A stretch of 64,000 bases of DNA, taken from the NCBI RefSeq assembly GCF_964355755.1, contig NC_092674.1:124001-188000 (forward strand). The letters are read 5' to 3'. The position numbers and the translations under genes were made by a program. The notes below the pieces were generated by a model. It saw nothing but the letters and a program-made list of their open reading frames with translations, was not told the origin of the DNA and did not search any database. This stretch comes from Antedon mediterranea (taxonomy: Eukaryota; Animalia; Echinodermata). Positions 28,301 to 39,692 of this stretch are shown here, piece after piece; position 1 is the first letter of the stretch; every line of letters begins with the position of its first letter.

Positions 28301-30279
28301 CCGTGTAGTTTAGCCTCAAGGCAATACCATGTACCGTAGCTGGAGTAGCTTGGACAAATACAGTAGAGATTTATGAGACTTGGTGTGTGATGATTCAGTA
28401 TGATAAATTTGTGCTGTGAAAGACAAAATTGTAGAATTAGGAAGAAAATATTGTAAAATATAACAAGGAAATTATACTATAGTATAATTAAGGGGTAACC
28501 GTATAATACATAATTAATAGTAATAATGGCAATTACTTATATTATGTATAAATTACAATATTACAAATAAATTCATATATTATTTTATTATTAGGAAATC
28601 TGTTTTAGAATGAGAAAAAGCCGTCCATACACAGATTTGAACCCAGCTATCAATAAAGCTATAAAACAAAATAGACCATATTGTAGCCGGACTGGGTAGC
28701 GTAGACTTACTTGAGGCCTAGGCATAGTACGATTAGCTAGAAGGATACAGGTCAACCCGTACCCATGCCATGCCAACACGCTCGTACCCAAATTTTGGTT
28801 TACATATATCCAAAATTTTGGCTTACTCGTACCCATCATGGGCTGCCTAGTAGTAGTAGTAGTAGCCTAGCCTAAGGCAGCAGGCCCGGCCCTAGCCTAC
28901 TACAACCTAAGTCTAGGCCTAGCCTAGTAGGCCTCTAGGCCTAGCCTAAGGCCCTAGTAGTTAACATCATACATACGCCCTAGAGCCTAGTAGTAGCTAC
29001 CTACTACTCACTAGCTAGGCCTAGGTAGTAGCAGTAGTAGTTATTGTAGTAGTATTATTGTATTGTAGTATTAGTTGTAGCTGTCCGGTGATCCTTGGTC
29101 ACTTGTCTAGATCCCCTAGTAGGCATAGGCTAGGCCTAGTACGTAGTTATTCTTCAACAGTCACACAATTCAGATTCTGCCGGCCGCTGATTGCTAGTCA
29201 ACAGGGGGAGGGAGAGAAAGAGTTAGAAGAACTGAAATAATCCGTGACGTATAATAAACATCATACAAAATAATAATATAACTAACGAATCCGTATAATA
29301 TAATAATGTTGTATGTTATAAAGTAAAGTAAATGCGTTTAATATAATACAATTATATTATAATATAATGTATTTTATTAATAATATAATACTAAATGTTC
29401 ATAATATAATGCTAAAACCAAATAATGTAATACAAAAAGTCAATAATTTGTTACATTTTTCACATAATATAATTAGAAATAGATATAATATAATGCTAAA
29501 ACCAAGTAATATAATGCAAAACGTATAATTCATTACAATACAATATATAATATAATAAAAAATTGATATAATAATATAATATTTTGAATACTTCAGACAG
29601 CTGAGGCTTGCCATACTAATGCATTGTCGGTCGATATTACCATTCGGAGCCTTCATCGATTTAGACCTGAGAGCGTATGAAAAGAAAAATAATATTGAGT
29701 ATAAGGTAATTTCCCGAACATTATACAGTATAGAAATCAAACTGCACAGTGTTTGGTCAAGTGTACTTGTATGGCAAGCCTCAGCTGTCTGAAGTATTCA
29801 AAATATTATATTATTATATCATTTTTTTATTATATTATATATTGTATTGTAATGAATTATACGTTTTGCATTATATTACTTGGTTTTAGCATTATATTAT
29901 ATCTATTTCTAATATATTGTGTGAAAAATGTAACAAATTATTGACTTTTTGTATTATATTATTTGGTTTTAGCATTATATTATGAACATTTAATATTATA
30001 TTATTAATAAAATACATTATATTATAATATAATTGTATTATATTAAACGCATTTACTTTACTTTATAACATACAACATTATTATATTATACGGATTCGTT
30101 AGTTATATTATTATTTTGTATGATGTTTATTATACGTCACGGCTTATTTCAGTTCTTCTAACTCTTTCTCTCCCTCCCCCTGTTCACTAGCAATCAGCGG
30201 CCGGCAGAATCTGAATTGTGTGACTGTTGAAGAATAACTACGTACTAGGCCTAGCCTAGGCCTACTAGGGGATCTAGAC

Positions 30280-32879
30280 GAATACAGGTCAACCCGTACC
30301 CATGCCAACTCGTACCCACCAACTCGTACCCAAATTTTGGCTTACTCGTACCCAAAATTTTGGCTGACCCGTACCCATCATTGGCTGACCCGTACCCATC
30401 ATTGGCTGGCCCGTACCCAAGTTTAATGCTATTTAAAGTATATTTATATTACATTTAAACCCAGTTTTATTAAATTTTTAGATACCAATCATATGTTCGA
30501 TATTATAATGGCAAAAACTATTGACCTAAAATGTATAATAATATGTACAGACTCGTACGTAAAAAGCACAGCTTTCATCGTATTTGCGTACGTCGTATTT
30601 GGTAAAGTTAATACTTGAGGGCGCTGTTTTATATGGCTCTGTGGAAGATGTCAGTGGTCGGCTGTGCTGCATTCTATTTTTTTTTCATTTATGAGTTATT
30701 AATCTATTATTTTCTACGAATAGTAGTACACGGAAATTGAAATACCCACTAGTCTGTGATGATGAAAACTTGAATTATTAAAAGTAAACATAAATATCTT
30801 TTATACATAATTTGTATTTTCATTTTATTTTACAGATAATGAAGTAATGTGCTTTTTGAAAATCGTTTTAAAACGAATGGTTTTTGTTGTTTTGTTTTGC
30901 AAGTTTTGGAAAATATTAAACTGTTTTAACATTTCGAAAATATTTAATACATTTTTAAATAGTCACTCGTATTTTAAAATCACGAAACTATTTAAGTGGA
31001 TACCAGCCTCATTGCTGCTATGAGCATTTAGTAGTAGATTAGATTATTGCCGTTTATCTAGTATACAATGACGGATGTGAGAGTAATAATAAAAGGTAAC
31101 TACTGTACTAACCTCCAATAATTTAACATTTAATTACAAACGACGACATTTGCTGTTATTACCTTTTCATTTTATAATGATTATTACTGTATTATTATGA
31201 CTAAAAACCGAAATAAATACTACTAAAACTTAAAAAAATCATCTTATCGCTGACAGATACGTAAGAACTCAGACACGTGTAGGTAGGCCTTCAGAACGTT
31301 TATATTATTTTAGTAAATAAGACGACATCCGTTGCCATGGAAAAACGATCGTAGTTCATTTCATTTGTCTTATTTGACACATTATAGAATGCGTATTTTT
31401 TTTTAAAAAAGGGAATCCCTCGTCAGCAAAAACACGTAGCTGTAAGTTATTGAGGAAATATCTACCAAAAATGTTTAATTACCGTAAACAAACAGATAAT
31501 TTTACTGAATTATTTAAGAAAAAAAATAAATAGAAAACGATCATACGCCACATTGAACCTTTTGGACACACTACAAATGGACCCGTACAAATGCGTTTTT
31601 TTTTTTAATAATAAAGAGGAATCCCCATTCAGCAAAAACACGTAGCTGTTATAGAAGAAAATCTGCCAAAATGTTTAATTGCCTTAGGCTACAGTACGAC
31701 AGTACGTGTATATGATCATTTCACTGAATTATTAATAAATAAAATATATGGAAAATGATCATACGTCATTACTAAGTCGTCTCTTTGACGCCGGCCCTAT
31801 AAATGCGTGTTTTTTATAATAAAAGGTTAATCCCGGTCAGAAAAAACACGTAACACGAAATCTACGAGTAATTCGACCCCATAGCCCGGCAGGCTTTTCG
31901 CTTAAAACAGGGTGTTGTTAAAATATTTTTTTATTAATTAATGTTCTCTTACGTAAATAAAAAAGACACACAATCAGAATTTTTAACTTTTATACAATCA
32001 GAATTTTTAACTTTTATACAATCAGAATTTAACTTTTATACAATCAGAATTTTTAACTTTTATACATTCATAATTTTTAACTTTTATTCAATCAGAATTT
32101 TTAACTTTTATACAATCAGAATTTTTAACTTTTACACAATCAGATTGTTCAGATAGCAATTGCATTTTTATAACACTTTTGTTAACATTTTATTATACCT
32201 TATTTTTCTATGTATTTTTCTAAATTTGTTAAATGTCGGTTTTATTGTATCGTTCAAGTTGACAGGGGCTGGTCAAGCACATCACAAGATGACAGTTTTA
32301 CACTTTTGCTTTTCCGCTACTCTCCTGTTATACTTATATGTTTGTTTTTTTGCTATGTAGAAAGATTGAAAATAAAATAAATAAAATAAAATAAACATAC
32401 GTTTATAAAACTATAATACTAGATTTAAATAAATGTTAACAAATATATGCCTAATTAAACGAAGTCTACAATCAAATCAATGGTCATTTTTATTAGCACA
32501 CATTTCACCGAGACCTGTATGTAAAATAAAAAAACAATTTAAATATAAAAATATTCATACGGCAAAAGCATACCACTAGTTTTACGCCGATCAAATCATT
32601 ACAAGTAATTATTCAAATTGGGTACGAGTAGGCCAAATAATGGGTACGAGTAAGCCAAAAATGGGTACGGGTAAGCCAAAAAATGGGTACGAGTAAGCCA
32701 AATACTTGGGTACGAGTAAGCCAAATATTTAGGTACGAATTGGCATGGGTACGGGTTGGTTTGGGTACGGGTTAGCCAAAGTGGGTACGAGTTGACCAAT
32801 TATTTGGGTACGGGTTAGCCAAGTTGGGTACGAGTTGGCATGGGTACGGGTTGGTTTGGGTACGGGTTGACCAGCAGGC
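30280..32879. mobile_element. Non-autonomous DNA transposon (2600 bp) with 8-bp TSD and subterminal tandem repeats; superfamily unassigned (MULE-like style)
   Basis: TSD ATCTAGAC at 30272-30279 and 32880-32887, with the empty site in the other arms. The ends carry inverted arrays of about 22-bp (CCAAC/CTTAC)TCGTACCC units at 30287-30420 and 32618-32872. No transposase ORF. Confidence 0.88.
31971..32143. repeat. 24-bp minisatellite inside the nested element
   Basis: CAATCAGAATTTTTAACTTTTATA repeated about 7 times. Confidence 0.9.
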
Positions 32880-33964
32880 ATCTAGACAAGTGACCAAGGA
32901 TCACCGGACAGCTACAACTAATACTACAATACAATAATACTACTACAATAACTACTACTGCTACTACCTAGGCCTAGCTAGTGAGTAGTAGGTAGCTACT
33001 ACTAGGCTCTAGGGCGTATGTATGATGTTAACTACTAGGTAGGCCTAGGCTAGGCCTAGAGGCCTACTAGTACTAGGCTAGGCCTAGACTTAAGTTGTAG
33101 TAGGCTAGGGCCGGGCCTGCTGCCTTAGGCTAGGCTACTACTACTACTACTACTACTAGGCAGCCCATGATGGGTACGAGTAAGCCAAAATTTTGGATAT
33201 ATGTTAACCAAAATTTGGGTACGAGCGTGTTGGCATGGCATGGGTACGGGTTAACCTGTATCCTTCTAGCTAATCGTACTATGCCTAGGCCTCAAGTAAG
33301 TCTACGCTACCCAGTCCGGCTACAATATGGTCTATTTTGTTTTATAGCTTTATTGATAGCTGGGTTCAAATCTGGGTTGGGACGGCTTTTTCTCATTCTA
33401 AAACAGATTTCCTTATAATAAAATAATATATGAATTTATTTGTAATATTGTAATGTATACATAATATAAGTAATTGCCATTGCCTTTATTACTATTAATT
33501 ATGTATTATACGGTTACCCCTTAATTATACTATAGTATAATTTCCTTGTTATATTTTACAATATTTTCTTCCTAATTCTACAATTTTGTCTTTCACAGCA
33601 CAAATTTATCATACTGAATCATCACACACCAAGTCTCATAAATCTCTACTGTATTTGTCCAAGCTACTCCAGCTACATGGTATTGCCTTGAGGCTAAATT
33701 ACACGGTATACTGGCACTACCATCATTCCTGGCTCGTCAACCTGTACCACATAAGCACAGTTTCAGTTTCAGTTTATTTACCATTTCAATTTCTGAACAT
33801 AAGAGATGAACAACTTATGGATGGATAACCGTAAGAGCGAAGCTCGTTTACCGGTCACCCGTTAGTGCAGTGACATTACAGAAAACATAAAGACAGGACA
33901 AAGGTGCAATACTTAACAAGACATGTGAACACTTGTGTTTGCAACCCCTTGGATAAAATAATAT

Positions 33965-33998
33965 ATTTATACATGGAGTAAAGACTCCATGATTTATA
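33965..33998. mobile_element. Mini-palindrome CATGGAGTAAAGACTCCATG with 7-bp TSD
   Basis: Reads ATTTATA-CATGGAGTAAAGACTCCATG-ATTTATA. Absent from the other seven arms. Confidence 0.82.
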
Positions 33999-36900
33999 TA
34001 ATGGAGAAAGTTAGATATTATAATATTTCTTTTTGGTCATACAATGATAATTTTTAAATTACTTCTTAAGAAGTCATACTACTCATTCAAAATAGTGACT
34101 TACACCCTGTGGTCAAGGCTTTCTTTGCTCTTATGCTTATTTCCTCCAACATACAGAGTACATAGGACTTTTTTTATTCACAACTGTTGAATTGTTTCCC
34201 AATACATAGTACCTATTGGTATTATATCTAAAAATACAAAGGCGGCTAACACAGATAGTTCCATATATACAGTACTCTTTTATAAATAAATGTATCTCTC
34301 CAAACTACTCCCAACTACCTAATCTAATAATAGTACTATTAGCATACTACTATACACTTTGTAGACAAGAAATAAGTTGTATACACTAGAGGACTTATGG
34401 TAGTACAGTCGATCACTGGCCCGGTCAACATAATCTATACCTAGATTATTACAGTAATTAAAGTACATTATTACAGAGTTTTTTTTTTTTTGCAGAAATC
34501 AAAGTTATGTGTATAGAAAGCAGTACTCGTATTAAAAACTAAGCAGGTTTTTGAACGCAAACTGGCAGGATATTTTGAATATTTTTTGTTGTTGAAATGA
34601 TGGAATCCTAACTTCAATTTCCACGAACCCTTTTATTTAAATTTATTTGAATAGACCTCCATGTAAACTCATTAAAGGCTACATGATTGTTTTATATTTT
34701 AATATGTGATAGTAGAAAATCATTGTGTATAATGAGGACTATGAATCTGATATTTACTTGCATTCTCATCTTTTTAAATTATTATTTATAATGCCGGTAA
34801 TGAGTTTAAAATTTAATTATATTGACTATTTTTTATAATCATCATGTCCTTATAAATTCATTTATATTTCTTTTGTGTAATATAGTTCATATATTATGTA
34901 TTAAGTAAATTGGTAAGGCCCTATACTGTTACTATTTAAGGAAAGTTTATATACACTATTATTTTATGCCTACCAATATTAGTATTAATTGTTTATGTAA
35001 ACATTTTGTCTAATTGCCTTGATTTTTTGTATAGGCCAATGGCATCAATGTTTTTCTCAAAGCAAATTAGCCTAATAATAATGCCACATTTAGACACATG
35101 ATTCATTGATTTCTGATATTCTGTACATGTGTATGCATTACTAAAATAGTAGTTAATATATTTCATTTATAATGTATGTATAAACATATATTCATATTTT
35201 TTTTAACATTTTTAAATTTAAAAATTATTACAATACCTATCTACCTTTCTGATATTGTTACTATTATATAATATTCTTTGAGGCAGCAATAAAAAAAAAA
35301 TTAGAACAATTAATTTGAGTTATACTGTACTATGTTAGTTCAGGAGATGAAGTGTGTGTTGGAGGTTGGTGGTGTGAGGTGTATAGTTGTCACTTTAAGA
35401 CCTAAATTAGATGTTTTCTGAAGAAAAGAAGTAAGCGCATACGCTTTCAAACAACTCCAAGAAGATTCACACAAAAATAATTACTTTCCAATAAAGTAGT
35501 ATAACAGTGTATATTACAGTACATTGAATAAACTCGAGCGGAATAATAACGCACATAAAAAACATTCATTTTCTTTTCGAAAAGTGCCCTCTCTAGTTTT
35601 CTATTAATTTATTAATAATTATTATTAATTAATGAGTAATATGAACATATTTTTAACATTCAATGCTGGAAGCTGGTTCTACTCCTAACAAAGTTTCATA
35701 TCTCCAAATTTCATCAACATATTCAAAGCACTTCAATATTAAATATCACATTTAACATAAAAATTCGGGTTTTGGATAGAATTTTGCTTAAAAACATATA
35801 CAAAAAACATCGATAAAAAATACTTTTCGTATTCAAAAACATTTGATACTTGGTATAAATGTTCACTATAGGTTGCTCTATTCACAGAAAAAAATTGCAT
35901 TCATGGACGTTTTTTGTTGGTTGTTTTTTCAAAATAGTTATTAGCTTGAAAAAAATGAGTTGGAATTATATGGTCTTTCATAAGTGTACATTTTGTAAAA
36001 ACGTAAATTTAAAAAATCAGTGATATGGCTTGATAGTTATTTTTTGTTTGCAATATGGATGGAGCAACCTATATTGAACAATTATACCAAGTATCAAATG
36101 TTTTTGAATACGAAAAGTATTTTTTATCGATGTTTTTTGTATGTGTTTTTAAGCAAAATTATATCCAAAACCTGAATTTGTAATGTTAAATGTAATTTAT
36201 TTAAGTGCTTTGAATACGTTGATGAAATTTGGAGATATGAAACTTTGTTAGGAGTAGATACAGTTTCCAGCATTAAATTTTAAGAATATGTTCATATTAC
36301 TCATTAATTGATAATAATTATTAATAAATTAATAGAAAACTAGAGAGGGCACTTTTCGACCAGAAAATGAATGTTTTTTTATGTGTGTTATTATTCCGCT
36401 CGAGTTTATTCAATGTACTGTAATATACACTGTTATACTATTTTATTGGAAAGTAATTATTTTTGTGTGAATCTTCTTGGAGTTGTTTGAAAGCGTATCC
36501 GCTTACTTCTTTTCTTCAGAAAACATCTAATTTAGGTCTTAAAGTGACAACTATACACCTCACACCACCAACCTTCAACACACTAGTTTCTGCCCACACA
36601 CACTTCATCTCCTGAACTAACATAGTACAGTATAAGTCAAATAAATTTTTTAATTTTTTTTTATTGCTGCCTCAAAAAATATTATATAATAGTAACAATA
36701 TCAGAAAGGTAGATAGGTATTGTAATAATTTTTAAATTTAAAAATGTTAAAAAAAATATGAATATATGTTTATATGCCTACATACATTATAAATGAAATA
36801 TATTAACTACTATTTTAGTAATGCATACACAAGTACAGAATATCAGAAATCAATGAATCATGTGTCTAAATGTGGCATTATTAGGCTAATTTGCTTTGAG

Positions 36901-38960
36901 AAAAACATTGATGCCATTGGCCTATACAAAAATCAAGGCAATTAGACAAAATATTTACATAAACAATTAATACTAATATTGGTAGGCATAAAATAATAGT
37001 GTATATAAACTTTCCTTAAATAATAACAGTATAGGGCCTTACCAATTTATTTAATACATAATATATGAACTATATTACACAAAAAAAGTATAAATGAATT
37101 TATAAGGACATGATGATTTATCAAAAATAGTCAATATAATTAAATTTTAAACTCATTACCGGCATTATAAACAATATTTTAAAAAGATAAGAATGCAAGT
37201 AAATATCAGATTCATAGTCCTCATTATACACAATGATTTCCTACTATCACATATTAAACTATAAAACAATCATGTAGCCTTTAATTACTTTACATGGAGG
37301 TCTATTCAAATATTTAAATAAAAGGGTCATAATATGTCTTCGTCTCCAGTTCGTGGAAATTGAAGTTAGGATTCCATCATTTCAACAACAAAAAATATTC
37401 AAAATATCCTGCCAGTTTGCATTCAAGACCTGCAACCTGCTTAGTTTTTAATACGAGTACTGCTTTCTATACACATAACAAAAAAAAACAAAACTCTGTA
37501 ATAATGTACTTTAATTACTGTAATATTAATCTAGGTATAGATTATGTTGACCGGGCCAGTGAGAGTGCGATCGACTGTACTACCATAAGTCCTGTAGGTG
37601 TATACAACTTATTTCTTGTCTACAAAGTGTATAGTAGTATGCTAATAGTACTATTATTAGATTAGGTAGTTGGGAGTAGTTTGGAGAGATACATCTATCT
37701 ATAAAAGAGTACTGTATATATGGAACTATCTGTGTTAGTCGCCTTTGTATTTTTAGATATAATACCAATAGGTACTATGTATTGGGAAACAATTCAACAG
37801 TTATGAATAAAAAAAGTCCTATGTACTCTGTATGTTGGAGGAAATAAGCATAAGAGCAAATAAAGCCTTGACCACAGGGTGTAAGTCACTATTTTGAATC
37901 AGTAGTATGACTTCTTAAGAAGTAATTAAAAAAATATCATTGTATGATCAAAAAGAAATATTATAATATCTAACTTTCTCCTTTATATAAATATATTATT
38001 TTATCCAAGGGGTTGCAAACACAAGTGTTCACATGTCTTGTTAAGTATTGCACCTTTGTCCTGTCTTTATGTTTTCTGTAATGTCACTGCACTAACGGGT
38101 GACCGGTAAACGAGCTTCGCTCTTACGGTTATCCATCCATATAAGTTGTTCATCTCTTATGTTCAGAAATTGAAATGGTAAATAAACTGAAACTGAAACT
38201 GTGCTTATGTGGTACAGGTTGACGAGCCAGGAATGATGGTAGTGCCAATATACGGTGTAGTTTAGCCTCAAGGCAATACCATGTAGCTGGAGTAGCTTGG
38301 ACAAATACAGTAGAGATTTATGAGACTTGGTGTGTGATGATTCAGTATGTTAAATTTGTGCTGTGAAAGACAAAATTGTAGAATTAGGAAGAAAATATTG
38401 TAAAATATAACAAGGAAATTATACTATAGTATAATTAAGGGGTAACAGTATAATACATAATTAATAGTAATAAAGGCAATGGCAATTACTTATATTATGT
38501 ATACATTACAATATTACAAATAAATTCATATATTATTTTATTATAAGGAAATCTGTTTTAGAATGAGAAAAAGCCGTCCCAACACAGATTTGAACCCAGC
38601 TATCAATAAAGCTATAAAACAAAATAGACCATATTGTAGCCGGACTGGGTAGCGTAGACTTACTTGAGGCCAAGGCATAGTACGATTAGCTAGATTAGAA
38701 GGATACAGGTCAACCCGTACCCATGCCATGCCAACACACTCGTACCCAAATTTTGGTTTACATATATCCAGAATTTTGGCTTACTCGTACCCATCATGGG
38801 CTGCCTAGTAGTAGTAGTAGTAGTAGCCTAGCCTAAGGCAGCAGGCCCGGCCCTAGCCTACTACAACTTAAGTCTAGGCCTAGCCTAGTAGGCCTCTAGG
38901 CCTAGCCTAGATAGGCCCTAGTAGTTAACATCATACATACGCCCAGTAGTAGCTACCTAC

Positions 38961-39692
38961 GGATTAGGCCAAGTTGAGCCGCCGACAAGTTGAGCCGCCG
39001 CCAGAAAAACGTTATTTTCTATGAAACGCCAAATGCTAACTTTCGCCGGTGCTCGTTTTTTATTTAATAGAAGTTCTATTTTCATTAGGGATAACGAAGT
39101 TTATATATCACACTTTTTAGTATAGTATTAAATATTACACTTTAAAGAACTATAATATGAAAATCTGACTTGTACTTGTAGATTCCAAAATAAAAGACCT
39201 AAAACATCACCGAAAATGATCGTTTTTAGCCAAAAATGACGTAAACATGTTGCCCCCTCAGGTTAAATAATTACATAAAATCACCGTTTTTTAGGAAAAT
39301 ATTTTGTGTATTAAAATTGTAAAATTCAATAAAATATGATATTAAAAGATAGTAAATAAAAGATATTAATTATTTAACATCATTTTAAGAATATCAATAC
39401 TCTATTATATTAGTTATTTGGGTAGGCCTACACGTCCACGCGAGACAAATATAGAGTGCACGGCATTTTTACCTTGAAAGATTACTTTCCTTTGCTGTGT
39501 TGTTTATGGTGGTTCAAACCAACATTGTAGTATGTAATTATATATTATTTATTTTCATGACACAATACACATAAAGACCATGAACTTGAACACCGCTCTA
39601 ATCACTACGCGAAATGTCGTAAAAGACGCGCTGGGCGTTTCATAGAAATTACCGGCGGCTCAACTTGTCGGCGGCCCAACCGGTCATATACC
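38961..39692. mobile_element. MITE-like non-autonomous DNA transposon (732 bp) with 8-bp TSD
   Basis: TSD CTACCTAC at 38953-38960 and 39693-39700. GG...CC ends. Subterminal inverted repeat GTTGAGCCGCCGACAAGTTGAGCCGCCG / CGGCGGCTCAACTTGTCGGCGGCCCAAC. Empty site in the other arms. Confidence 0.88.

Larger units (their letters stand above)
21096..29615. mobile_element. Giant palindromic element, copy 3 (spacer inverted; contains a Helitron)
   Basis: Same termini. TSD CTAATG at 21090-21095 and 29616-29621. The spacer at about 25920-26102 is the reverse complement of that in copies 1, 2 and 4. Confidence 0.93.
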
